Part shown: positions 7,596 to 16,816 of the stretch, one piece after another
Layout: every line of letters begins with the position of its first letter
How positions within the stretch are numbered: position 1 is the stretch's first letter
Assembly (NCBI GenBank): GCA_041742825.1
Contig: JBGTNX010000115.1
Span: 34,491 to 98,490, forward strand
DNA length: 64,000 bases
Origin: Acidimicrobiia bacterium
Lineage (GTDB): Bacteria > Actinomycetota > Acidimicrobiia > Spongiisociales > ZC4RG35
Direction of reading: 5' to 3'
Made by a program: the position numbers and the translations under genes
The notes under the pieces: generated by a model
Database searches by the model: none
What the model was told of the DNA's origin: nothing
What the model saw: the letters and a program-made list of their open reading frames with translations, nothing else

Positions 7596-9731
7596 CTAGC
7601 GCCTCGTCGCAGAGTTGACGATTATCACCGGGCAGGGGGCGTGGCGGACCAGGTGCTCGACGCGAGGGCCGAGGTGGAGCCGGGTGCTTCCTGCCCTGAC
7701 GCTGGTGCCAAGGACGAGGAGGTCCGGGTGCGTCTCCTCGACGGCGTCGAGGATCCCCGTCTCGGCGTCGATGGCGTGCCTCACATCGGTCGAGTACGCG
7801 GCCTGGCCCATGGCCTGGCCAACTACCTCGAGCTCGGCCGTGACCTCGGCCCCGAGTATGTCGCGTGACGGTCTTCCATAGGCTGTGGAAACGACATGGA
7901 TCAGGTTCACGTCGTCCCCGCGTTTGGCGATTGCGAACGCCATCTCAGCTGCTCTCTGCGCAGATTGCGTTCCGTTCGTAGGAACCAGCATCCGGCTCGG
8001 ATTCCAGTCGGATCCGGCATCCTGCCCGCCTCTGACGATCAGGGTGGCACAAGGGGCGAGCTTGACGAGATCATCGATTACCGGCCCGAAAAGGCTCTCC
8101 TCCGCATCGCGGGGGGCAGGCGTGCCTAGCACCATGAGGTCATAGCCTCCCTTCGCCTCCTCCAGGATGGCAGCCACCGGATCGTCCGACACAACTACTC
8201 GGGATACGACGTCGCGCCCGAAGAGATTCTCGATTTCCGACAAGTATCGGATGGTTCCCTGCCGTTCCTCCGCCGCGATGACGGCAAAGAGTGTGATCGC
8301 CATCTCCTGGTTCTTGGAGATTCGCTTGAGGATGGTCGCCTGCATCCCCCGGGTGAAACCGACTGTCTCCGGACCTCCTCGAACCGGGACAAGGATCCGC
8401 CTGATCTCACCGACGAATGAGCCCTTCATTGTCGCCTCCCGGCGAAGGCGTCTCTCCTCCTCATCTCCGAGGACGATTCGCGATGTTGTGTACCGCAACG
8501 CCACCGGTGCCATCAGCGATGTCGCAATGGCCATGACAACGATTATCGAGAACATCTCCTGGCTGAGGATGCCCAGAGAAAGCCCGATGGTTGCGATGAT
8601 TATCTCGAGGGCACCGCGGGCGTTGAGACCGGACCCGTAAGCGAGGGCCGACCAGTGATCCTGTCGGGCAAGAAGCCGAGCGCCAGCGTAGGCACCGACC
8701 ACTTTCCCGAAAGTCGCAACCAGGATGACCGCAAGGGTGATGAAGAGGAGCCTTGGTTCGAGGATCGCCGAGATATTCACCTTGAGCCCTGCATTCGCGA
8801 AGAAAATCGGAGCGAAGATCGCCAGGGCGACCGACTCAAGCTTCTGGATCGCGTCGGACGGCAGTCGCGGCGAGCGCCCGAAGAGAATCCCGATCACAAA
8901 GGCGCCGAGTACCGGCTCGAGATGCAGGGCCTGGGTGAAAGCCCCCCAGACGAAGGCAAGTACCACAACGAGGGTGAGGACATGGTCGGGGCCGCGAAAC
9001 CGGTCCTGGACAAACGCCAGGCTGCGATCGACGAGCCACGCTCCAATTGTCACGGTCGCCACGATGAAAACCACCACAAGGCCAACCGTCTGGATCACCG
9101 TCCCCGCGGTGAGGGTGGCAGCACTCGCGAGTGCGGTGACCAAACCCAACAGCGTCCAACCTGTGATGTCATCGATCATCCCGGCTGCAAGCAGGGTCTG
9201 ACCGACATCACGTCGCATCAGGTCGAGGTCCATAAGGACCTTGGCGAGAACCGGGATCGCCGAAATCGACAGGGCGGTCGCCACGAACAGGGCAAACACC
9301 GTGCGCTGGGCAGGGTCGGCGAGGAGATCGTCGGGGATCGCGAAGCCGAGGGCTAGACCGGTAACGAACGGCAGAACCAAGCCCCCCACCGCCACGCCAA
9401 GGGCGGTGGCGGCCTTTCTCTTGATCAACCGGAGGTCGGTCTCCAGGCCGGTGATGATCAGGAGGAACATCACCCCGATGAGTGCCACCACCTCGAGGAG
9501 ATAGCCCTGGACCTCGGTTTGGGGGACGATCCAGCGTCCGACCAAAGGAAACAGCCCGGAGATGAGTGTCGGCCCCAGCACCACGCCGGCGAGGATCTCT
9601 CCGACCACGGAGGGCTGTCCCAGTCTGCGAGCGAGGCCCCCCATGAGTCGCGCGGCGAAGAGCAGCAGAGCGATCTGGACCACAAGCATCAGCACGTCAT
9701 CGTGCGAAGCTGCACCGAATACACCGGGCAC
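7596..9731 (-). CDS. CPA2-type cation:proton antiporter fused to two C-terminal universal stress protein (USP) domains
   Basis: Polytopic Na+/H+-exchanger-like region of about 400 aa. It is followed by two USP-like modules (ILVPVRGG...LMVLGT and MLVPTNGT...LLVLGT...HAPCPVIIV). GTG start with a GGAAGGAG RBS. Confidence 0.85.
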   Translation of the reverse strand: MPGVFGAASHDDVLMLVVQIALLLFAARLMGGLARRLGQPSVVGEILAGVVLGPTLISGLFPLVGRWIVPQTEVQGYLLEVVALIGVMFLLIITGLETDLRLIKRKAATALGVAVGGLVLPFVTGLALGFAIPDDLLADPAQRTVFALFVATALSISAIPVLAKVLMDLDLMRRDVGQTLLAAGMIDDITGWTLLGLVTALASAATLTAGTVIQTVGLVVVFIVATVTIGAWLVDRSLAFVQDRFRGPDHVLTLVVVLAFVWGAFTQALHLEPVLGAFVIGILFGRSPRLPSDAIQKLESVALAIFAPIFFANAGLKVNISAILEPRLLFITLAVILVATFGKVVGAYAGARLLARQDHWSALAYGSGLNARGALEIIIATIGLSLGILSQEMFSIIVVMAIATSLMAPVALRYTTSRIVLGDEEERRLRREATMKGSFVGEIRRILVPVRGGPETVGFTRGMQATILKRISKNQEMAITLFAVIAAEERQGTIRYLSEIENLFGRDVVSRVVVSDDPVAAILEEAKGGYDLMVLGTPAPRDAEESLFGPVIDDLVKLAPCATLIVRGGQDAGSDWNPSRMLVPTNGTQSAQRAAEMAFAIAKRGDDVNLIHVVSTAYGRPSRDILGAEVTAELEVVGQAMGQAAYSTDVRHAIDAETGILDAVEETHPDLLVLGTSVRAGSTRLHLGPRVEHLVRHAPCPVIIVNSATRR

Positions 9732-9749
9732 ATCTACTCCTTCCTCTGT

Positions 9750-9857
9750 CGCCTTGGGGGTTAGCTGACGGGCTCGGGCTGGAAGCTGCCCTACTCGCTG
9801 GTGAGATTCGCCCCGGGTTGTTGGGTTCCCCCACCCGGACAGGTCCGGGTTCGGCGG
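9750..9857 (-). promoter_or_regulatory. ydaO/kimA-class c-di-AMP riboswitch aptamer
   Basis: Minus-strand blocks GGGGGAACCCA, GGGGCGAAUC, GUAGGGC and CCCGAGCCCGUCAGCUAACCCCCAAGGCG. Closing helix CGCC/GGCG. Ends 4 nt before the antiporter RBS. Confidence 0.8.
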
Positions 9858-10084
9858 TTACCTGAGGCAGGCTAGTGCAGAACGACGCAAGTGAAAATGC
9901 CCCAACCAGTCACCGCTCGAGTGGGCTTCCACCGGTTTCATTGGTTCGACCTTGTTTGGGTCTTGAAGTGGTGCGCTCCGTTGCAAAAAGCCTTCTCTTT
10001 GTGAGATGTCACGATCCGGGGATATCGAGCTGAGAGCCTCGAACTGGGAGGCAACCGGTCGACAAGATCCATCGCGTCGGTAGG

Positions 10085-11644
10085 ATGTCCGGTCAGGGTG
10101 ATCTTGGAGGGGTGCAAGTGGGGGGATATCGGCGGTCTATGGTCTGGAGTCTCGTCTATGGCCTCGGGCTCACGCTCCTCCTCTCCGCCGCGCTTTGGTT
10201 CACCGTGGCCAACGGCCAACAATTCGCGTCCGGGGACTCTCCGACGTATCTGTCCTCGGCTGAGAACATGGCGGCCGGACGCGGCTACATCGTGTCCTTC
10301 GGCGGCAGCGAGGGCGAGGCCGCGGTGCATGCGTTTCCTCCGGGATACCCGGCCACCGTTGCCGCCCTCACAAGCTTTGGGATCGAGGTGGAGACGGCGG
10401 CCGCCATCATCTCGTCCTTGCTTGTCGGCGCAATCGCCGGCTCGTTCTTCGCCTTCACACTCAGGCGGGTAGGGTCTCCTGGCGTTGCGATAGCCGTAGG
10501 GGCCTTAGCCGCGCTGCTCACATTCCCCTTTGCAGTCGCGCCTCGCTCAGAAGCGCTATTTGGGTTGCTCATCTCGGTGGCGGTGATGAGTGCCGCCTCA
10601 TTCCTCCGCTCACGCAATGAGAAATTCCTCTTGTTCGCATCGCTCATGGCAGTGCTTTCCGTGACTGTCCGGACAGTCGGGCTTGCGGTTGTGGCCGGCA
10701 TTGCAGTGACAGCTTGGCTTGGTCTGGAGGATCGCCGGCGCAGGCTGATCTATTCGGGGGGGATCGTGTTGGCGGGACTCCTCGTATTCAGGGCTCTCGT
10801 TGGGACCGGCGAGCGGGCGATCGCCTGGCACCCGCCTGATTTACAGACACTCAAAGTGGGAGCGCATGCGATCGTCCGGTGGTTGGTACCCGACATCGCG
10901 AACCCATTGACCGAACTCGTCTTGTTTCTGGGCCTCGTAGTTGGGATCGGGGTTCTCCTGACTGCCGCATACAGACGGACAGGGCTCGATATTTCGAGAT
11001 CGGCGCCATGGTGGCCCGCAGCATTGGTAGCGGTATTTCAGGTGCTGATGTTGCTGGCAGCGAGGGCCCTATTCGTTGCGCAAACGGATCTCAGCAGTCG
11101 TCTGATGTATCCGGTTGCACTTGCAGTGCTGCTCGGAGCTGTTGAGTTGACGTCGTCGAAGAAATCTTCCGCTCCCAGCCGCTCCGGGAGGGTCGCAGTG
11201 CTTCTCCTTTGTGGGGCGGCCTTGGCCGCGTCGTCGTGGATTGCGATTCAGCTTGCTCTCGACGTACGGTCGGGAGATCGCGACATCGCATCCTCCGAGT
11301 TCATCGATGGTGCTCCGGTCGACGCCGCACGTGAACTGTCGAGCGATCACATCCTGTATAGCAATTATCCCGACGCCCTCTGGGTGGCTGATATCGACAG
11401 GGCGCGGTACATCCCCCGCGACTACAGCCCGCTCAGCCTCCTCCCCAACGAAAGCCTCGAGGCGGAGCTCGATCGCCTGGGTCGGGAGACCCTCGCCAAC
11501 GACGCCGTCGTCCTGATGTATCGCGCCCAAACGAGGGGCTACCAGATCGATGAAGAGACCGTGCGTGAGGTAGTGCCCTGTGTCGTGGTGGAGACCGAGG
11601 ACGCTGTCCTGCTCGTCTCGAATGGGCATCCGTGGTGCCCGTGA
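10085..11644 (+). CDS. Polytopic membrane protein, GT-C (ArnT/PMT)-like glycosyltransferase candidate
   Basis: About 10-12 hydrophobic helices, then a soluble tail of about 130 aa. Sits at the head of a sugar cluster. Start uncertain (alternative Met at 10139). Confidence 0.55.
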   Translation: MSGQGDLGGVQVGGYRRSMVWSLVYGLGLTLLLSAALWFTVANGQQFASGDSPTYLSSAENMAAGRGYIVSFGGSEGEAAVHAFPPGYPATVAALTSFGIEVETAAAIISSLLVGAIAGSFFAFTLRRVGSPGVAIAVGALAALLTFPFAVAPRSEALFGLLISVAVMSAASFLRSRNEKFLLFASLMAVLSVTVRTVGLAVVAGIAVTAWLGLEDRRRRLIYSGGIVLAGLLVFRALVGTGERAIAWHPPDLQTLKVGAHAIVRWLVPDIANPLTELVLFLGLVVGIGVLLTAAYRRTGLDISRSAPWWPAALVAVFQVLMLLAARALFVAQTDLSSRLMYPVALAVLLGAVELTSSKKSSAPSRSGRVAVLLLCGAALAASSWIAIQLALDVRSGDRDIASSEFIDGAPVDAARELSSDHILYSNYPDALWVADIDRARYIPRDYSPLSLLPNESLEAELDRLGRETLANDAVVLMYRAQTRGYQIDEETVREVVPCVVVETEDAVLLVSNGHPWCP

Positions 11645-11753
11645 GGTGTTCCGCTGCTACCCCTTGTGGTGATCGCCCACTCTGAGTAGCCTAATCCTCG
11701 GGGTAGTTGGAAGGGGAGACAAATGAGATCCGCGGGGCAACGGGGAGTCAGTC

Positions 11754-12971
11754 ATGTACTCGGCTGACCGCATCCCATCTGATCAAGACTCGAGCGGCCG
11801 TTCGTTTGGCGAGCCCGAGACGGCGAACCTGAGAAATGCGATCAAGTCCGGCATTCTGTTCGGGCCGAAAGGGAGCTACGTCAAGGAACTCGAACAGGAG
11901 TTTGCAGCTTGGAATGAAAGTGATCATGGCATTGCCGCCAGTTCTGGCACCGCCGCGATCCACACGGCACTGGCTGCCATCGACATCGACCCCGGCGACG
12001 AGGTCGTCACCACGGGCATAACCGACATCGGCGCGGTCGTGCCGATCCTCTACCAGGGCGGGATCCCGGTCTTCTGCGATGTCGATCCCAAGAGTGGCAA
12101 TCTCGATGCTGACTCCGTGAGAGGACGGATCACCGATCGGACTCGAGCCATCATCGTCACCCACCTCTTCGGTAATCCCGCCGACGTGGTGGAAATCCGG
12201 GCAATCGCCACCGCCCGCGGCATCCCGATCATCGAGGATTGCGCCCAAGCATTCGGGGCGACGATCGGCGGCCGCAAGGTGGGCGGGTTCGGGGACATCG
12301 CCACGTTCAGCCTTCAGCAGGGCAAGCACATCACCAGCGGTGAGGGCGGGCTGATGACCACCGACAACGCAGACCTCGCACGCCACATGCGTCTGTACGT
12401 CAACAAGGCCTGGGATTACGACGATCCCTCCGATCACGACTTCCTCGCCCTCAACTACCGGATGACTGAGCTTCAGGCGGCGGTCGCCGTAGCCCAACTC
12501 GCCCAGCTCGACGACAACATCGCCACCAGGCGCCGGAACGCTGAATCGCTCCTCGACCAACTCGCCGGCGTCCCCGGGGTCGACCCCGTGACGAGAGTGG
12601 AGGGAGCCGATCCCAGTTACTGGAGGGTGGGTTTGCTTGTCGACCCGACGGTGGTGCCCGGTGGGACGGACGCCCTCGCTGCCAAACTGAGCGGGGTCAA
12701 CGTGCCGGCAGCCTCTCGCTACATAAAGAAGCCTGCGTTCCAAACCGGGCTCATCCAGAACCAGAAGACCTTCGGAGGGAGTCGCTGGCCGTTCACTCTC
12801 GCCACCGACGACGCCCTCGACTTCTCACCAGAGCGCTTCACCGGGACGTTTCAGTTTCTCAGCCGTGTCCTGGTCATCCCCTGGAACGAGCGGCTGACAT
12901 CTGAGCACGTCGGCCGCATCGCAGACGCTATCGCCACCGCGGTCGACGAGATGATCGAGGAGGCGGCATGA
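11754..12971 (+). CDS. DegT/DnrJ/EryC1/StrS family sugar aminotransferase
   Basis: Family-typical blocks AASSGTAAIHTAL, GDEVVTT and FSLQQGKHITSGEGG (PLP-Lys region). Confidence 0.9.
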   Translation: MYSADRIPSDQDSSGRSFGEPETANLRNAIKSGILFGPKGSYVKELEQEFAAWNESDHGIAASSGTAAIHTALAAIDIDPGDEVVTTGITDIGAVVPILYQGGIPVFCDVDPKSGNLDADSVRGRITDRTRAIIVTHLFGNPADVVEIRAIATARGIPIIEDCAQAFGATIGGRKVGGFGDIATFSLQQGKHITSGEGGLMTTDNADLARHMRLYVNKAWDYDDPSDHDFLALNYRMTELQAAVAVAQLAQLDDNIATRRRNAESLLDQLAGVPGVDPVTRVEGADPSYWRVGLLVDPTVVPGGTDALAAKLSGVNVPAASRYIKKPAFQTGLIQNQKTFGGSRWPFTLATDDALDFSPERFTGTFQFLSRVLVIPWNERLTSEHVGRIADAIATAVDEMIEEAA

Positions 12972-13963
12972 CTCTACGGCTGGCCATTGTGGGAGCGGGC
13001 CGCATCGCCGGTGCCTATGCGGAGATCGTCGCAGAATGCGATGCCGTAGAGATGGTCGGCGTCGCTGACCAGGAACCCTCGCTGGCGAAGACTCTTGCGG
13101 GCGAGCTGGGATGCGACGCCTACGACTCGCATGAGAGCCTCATCGAAGACGCCCACCCCGAGGCGGTAATACTCTGTACGCCACCGGCGACTCACCCCGA
13201 GCTCACCATCGCCCTCCTGAGATCGAAGGTGAGCGTCATGTGTGAAAAGCCGCTTGCCATCTCGTCGGTGGAAGCCCGCCGGATGCTTGCCGTGGCGGCG
13301 TCGAGCAACGCAATCCTCACCATGGCGACGAAGTTCCGCTACGTCGACGACATTCTCCGGGCCCGGGAAATCGCCCGGTCCGGGGACATCGGCGAGGTGA
13401 TCCTCGTCGAGAACACATTTGCCTCACGGGTCGACATGGCCGGGAGATGGAACTCCCAACCTGCCATTTCGGGTGGCGGGGTGCTCATGGACAACGGGAC
13501 GCACTCGGTCGACATGGTCAGGTACATCCTCGGACCCATCGCCGAGGTCATGGCCCTGGAGGGGAGGCGAACTCAGGGACTGGAAGTGGAGGACACCGCC
13601 CAGATGTTCTTGAAGAGTCACGACGGGGCGCGCGCCACTATCGACCTCTCCTGGTCGTTGAGCAAGGAGCGGGAGTGGTTTCTCGAGATATACGGCTCCG
13701 ATGGGACGATCCAGGTTGGATGGAACCGGTCGCGATACCGAATGGGCGAGGAGAGCGACTGGACGGAATTCGGCAGCGGCTACACCAGACAGGAGGCGCT
13801 GCGCAACCAGATAGCCAACTTCGCGGGAGCCATAGCCGGCACTGAGGAGCTCCGCATCGACGCCACCGACGCCATGGCCTCGGTGGAGGTGCTCGAGGCC
13901 GCCTACCGTTCCCTTTCTCGAGACCGATGGGTGAGCGTCGACGCACCGGTCTTCGTCGCTTGA
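12968..13963 (+). CDS. Gfo/Idh/MocA family sugar oxidoreductase (WbpB/GnnA-like)
   Basis: Rossmann N-terminus LAIVGAGRIAGAYAE and an EKP motif (MCEKPLA). ATGA overlap with the preceding gene. Confidence 0.9.
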   Translation: MTLRLAIVGAGRIAGAYAEIVAECDAVEMVGVADQEPSLAKTLAGELGCDAYDSHESLIEDAHPEAVILCTPPATHPELTIALLRSKVSVMCEKPLAISSVEARRMLAVAASSNAILTMATKFRYVDDILRAREIARSGDIGEVILVENTFASRVDMAGRWNSQPAISGGGVLMDNGTHSVDMVRYILGPIAEVMALEGRRTQGLEVEDTAQMFLKSHDGARATIDLSWSLSKEREWFLEIYGSDGTIQVGWNRSRYRMGEESDWTEFGSGYTRQEALRNQIANFAGAIAGTEELRIDATDAMASVEVLEAAYRSLSRDRWVSVDAPVFVA

Positions 13964-14547
13964 TGCCGCCCAGAATCCATCCCACGGCCATAGTCGAGGA
14001 CGGGGCCGTCATCGGCGACGGAACCTCGGTCTGGGACAATGTCCACGTCCGGGCTCCGGCCAGGATCGGAGCCGATTGTATCGTCGGGGAGAAGACCTAC
14101 GTTGCCTACGACGTGGAGATCGCCGACCGGGTCAAGATCAACGCCATGGTTTACATCTGCGCCGGGGTGAGAATCGAGACCGGGGTGATGGTCAGCGCCG
14201 GGGTCATCTTCACCAACGATCGCTTTCCTCGCGCCACGACGCCGGACCTCGCCGAGCTTCGCCCATCGGCGCCCGACGAGTCGACCGAGCAGACCCTGGT
14301 CCGGGAAGGAGCGACCATCGGGGCCGGGGCGGTCATCGGGCCTGGGCTCGAGGTGGGCCGGTTCGCCGTGGTGGGAATGGGCTCGGTAGTGACCAAATCG
14401 GTAGCTGACCACGCGCTCGTGCTCGGCAACCCGGCGCGACCGGTGGGCCACGTCTGCCGCTGCGGGCACATGTTGTCCGAAGACCTCGATTGCGGTTCGT
14501 GCGGCCGGTCCTACGTCATTGCCGACGGAAAGGTGGCCGACCGCTGA
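13963..14547 (+). CDS. Left-handed beta-helix (hexapeptide) N-acetyltransferase, WbpD-like
   Basis: Hexapeptide repeats IHPTAIVEDGAVIGDGTSVWDNVHV... Start at ATG 13963 overlaps the preceding stop (TGATG). Confidence 0.85.
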   Translation: MPPRIHPTAIVEDGAVIGDGTSVWDNVHVRAPARIGADCIVGEKTYVAYDVEIADRVKINAMVYICAGVRIETGVMVSAGVIFTNDRFPRATTPDLAELRPSAPDESTEQTLVREGATIGAGAVIGPGLEVGRFAVVGMGSVVTKSVADHALVLGNPARPVGHVCRCGHMLSEDLDCGSCGRSYVIADGKVADR

Positions 14548-15851
14548 TGGGCTCCTGGGCTGTCGTCGGCGGGGGCATCCTCGGATCCTCGATCGCGCTC
14601 GATCTGGCTGACGCCGGGCACCAGGTCACCCTGTTGGAGAAGGCCGGGGAGCTCGGAGGCCTTGCCTCGGCCTGGCATCTGGGAGACGTCGTCTGGGACC
14701 GCCACTACCACGTCACGCTGCTGTCCGACCAGCACACGAGGGGACTGCTTTCGCGCCTCGGACTGGAGTCGGAGATGAAATGGGTTGAGACCCGAACCGG
14801 CACCTGGACCGGCGACAGGCTCCACTCCATGTCGTCAACCCTCGACTACATCAAATACCCGGAGCTGTCTCTTCTCGACAAGGCCCGCCTCGGTTGGACA
14901 ATCCTGTCGGCCAACCGAATCGACGACTGGAAAGCCCTGGAGCAGGTGACCGTCGAGGATTGGCTCCGCTCGAAGTCGGGGGCCCGGGTTTTCGAGTCGT
15001 TCTGGCTTCCCCTTCTCAAGTCGAAACTGGGCGACTCGTACAAGGAGACATCCGCAACATTCATCTGGGCAACGATCCAGCGTCTCTACGCCGCCCGGAG
15101 CCAGGGTCTGAAGAAGGAGATGTTCGGCTACGTTCCCGGCGGCTATGCCCGGATACTCGCCGTCCTCGGCGATGCACTGGTCAACGCAGGTGTCGACGTG
15201 CGGCTCGGCGTGTCCGTCGACTCGGTACGTTCCGGCCCGCTCGTAATCGTCGACGGGGAAGAGGAGTCCTACGACCATGTGGTGGTCACCGCGGCCCCGC
15301 CAATCGCCAGCCGGCTGGTCGAAGGCCTCACGGCAGGGGAGCAGACCAGTCTCGAGGCCATCCGCTACCAGGGCATCGTGTGCGCATCGCTGCTCACTAG
15401 CCAGCCCCTCGCCGGCTACTACCTCACCTATCTGTATGAAGAGGCTCCATTCACCGCAGTCGTTGAGATGTCCGCCTTCGTGGACCGCTCCGAGTTCGAC
15501 GGCAAGTGCCTCGTCTACCTCCCTAGATACTGCGCACCTGGCGACCCCCTGTTCGAGGAGACCGACGAAGAGATCAGTTCGAGGTTCCTGCCCGCCCTCC
15601 AGCGCATCTACCCCGGCTTCGACCCTTCCGACGTGGAGGCGTTCCGGGTCTCCCGGGTTCGGGGTGTGTTCTCCATCTCCACCCTCGGCTATTCCGATGT
15701 CGTTCCCTCGTTCGACACCAGCATCGAGGGAGTGCACCTGGTCAGCTCGGCTCAAATCGTGAATGGCACCCTGAATGTCAACGACACAATGGCTCTGTCG
15801 AAGCGGGCGACCGCCCACCTGAATCGGGTCGCGGGGGCAAAGGTGGCATGA
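14547..15851 (+). CDS. FAD/NAD(P)-binding oxidoreductase (amine-oxidase/phytoene-desaturase-like fold)
   Basis: Dinucleotide-binding N-terminus VVGGGILGSSIALDLADAGHQVTLLEKAGELGG. TGATG overlap with the preceding gene. Confidence 0.8.
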   Translation: MGSWAVVGGGILGSSIALDLADAGHQVTLLEKAGELGGLASAWHLGDVVWDRHYHVTLLSDQHTRGLLSRLGLESEMKWVETRTGTWTGDRLHSMSSTLDYIKYPELSLLDKARLGWTILSANRIDDWKALEQVTVEDWLRSKSGARVFESFWLPLLKSKLGDSYKETSATFIWATIQRLYAARSQGLKKEMFGYVPGGYARILAVLGDALVNAGVDVRLGVSVDSVRSGPLVIVDGEEESYDHVVVTAAPPIASRLVEGLTAGEQTSLEAIRYQGIVCASLLTSQPLAGYYLTYLYEEAPFTAVVEMSAFVDRSEFDGKCLVYLPRYCAPGDPLFEETDEEISSRFLPALQRIYPGFDPSDVEAFRVSRVRGVFSISTLGYSDVVPSFDTSIEGVHLVSSAQIVNGTLNVNDTMALSKRATAHLNRVAGAKVA

Positions 15852-16816
15852 GCCGCTACGTCAGTCTCAGCGTTGACCTCGACAATCACTGGTCGTATCT
15901 GAAGACTCACGGGAACCCGGCTTGGGAAAGCTTCCCCAGTTATCTCGACCGTGTTGTCCCGCTTGTGTGCGAGTTTGCCGACCGCCACGAAATCGACCTG
16001 ACCATGTTTATCGTCGGCCAGGACGCCGAGCGCGCCGAGAATGCCCGGGCGATGAAGCAGATCGGGGAGAGCAGACATGAGGTCGGCAACCACTCGTTCC
16101 ATCACGAGCCCTGGCTGCACCTGAAGAGCCAGGCAGAGATCGAGGAGGAGATAGGTCGGGCGAATGACGCGATTCATATTGCAACCGGCAGGAAACCCAA
16201 TGGCTTCCGCGGCCCCGGTTTCAGCATCTCCCAGGCCACCATTCGGGTCCTCGACGAACAAGGCTATGCCTACGACGCCTCGACCCTGCCCACCTTCATC
16301 GGCCCCCTGGCCCGCGCCTTCTATATGAGACAGAGCAAGCTCGACGAGGAACAGCTCGAGCGGCGCAGCCAGCTGTTCGGGACTGTCAAGGATGTCTTCC
16401 GCCCGATTACGCCATATGTCTGGGAGTTCGACGACCGGGAGTCCAGCGTTGTTGAGATTCCTGTGACAACGATGCCGCTGTTCCGGGTCCCGATCCACGC
16501 CACCTATCTCCTCTACCTGGCGAAGTACTCGGCCGGTCTTTCTCGTTTGTATCTGCGGACTGCGCTCGCATTCTGCCGTCTCACTGGTGTGCAGCCATCG
16601 ATACTGCTGCATTCGCTCGACTTCATCGGGGCCGGGGATATCGACGACCTGGGCTTCTTCCCTGGAATGGACATGTCAGGCGAGACGAAGCGAGGTCTGC
16701 TCGACGACTATGTCGCAGCCTTGAAGGGTTTTGGGGAGATTGTCACGGTGGAAGAGCACTCTTTATATGCCACGGGCGGGCGCCTGCAGGGTCGGAAGGT
16801 CACGTCCCTGGCTTGA
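15848..16816 (+). CDS. Polysaccharide deacetylase family protein (ArnD-like candidate)
   Basis: NodB-type motifs FIVGQDAE and HEVGNHSFHH. ATGA overlap with the preceding gene. Confidence 0.85.
   Translation: MSRYVSLSVDLDNHWSYLKTHGNPAWESFPSYLDRVVPLVCEFADRHEIDLTMFIVGQDAERAENARAMKQIGESRHEVGNHSFHHEPWLHLKSQAEIEEEIGRANDAIHIATGRKPNGFRGPGFSISQATIRVLDEQGYAYDASTLPTFIGPLARAFYMRQSKLDEEQLERRSQLFGTVKDVFRPITPYVWEFDDRESSVVEIPVTTMPLFRVPIHATYLLYLAKYSAGLSRLYLRTALAFCRLTGVQPSILLHSLDFIGAGDIDDLGFFPGMDMSGETKRGLLDDYVAALKGFGEIVTVEEHSLYATGGRLQGRKVTSLA

Noticed and set aside
9943-9949. GGTTCGA, a T-loop-like heptamer that hinted at a tRNA
   Set aside because: The flanks do not fold into an acceptor or anticodon stem. 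No cloverleaf can be drawn.
9938-10330. 130-aa minus-strand ORF spanning the intergenic region and the GT-C start
   Set aside because: It overlaps the 5' end of the GT-C-like gene in antisense. No motifs and biased composition.
11748-12743. 331-aa minus-strand ORF
   Set aside because: It lies entirely antisense to the DegT aminotransferase, which has clear family motifs. Shadow ORF.
14835-15818. 327-aa minus-strand ORF (and the similar ORF at 15752-16612)
   Set aside because: It is antisense to the FAD oxidoreductase and deacetylase genes. No recognisable domains.
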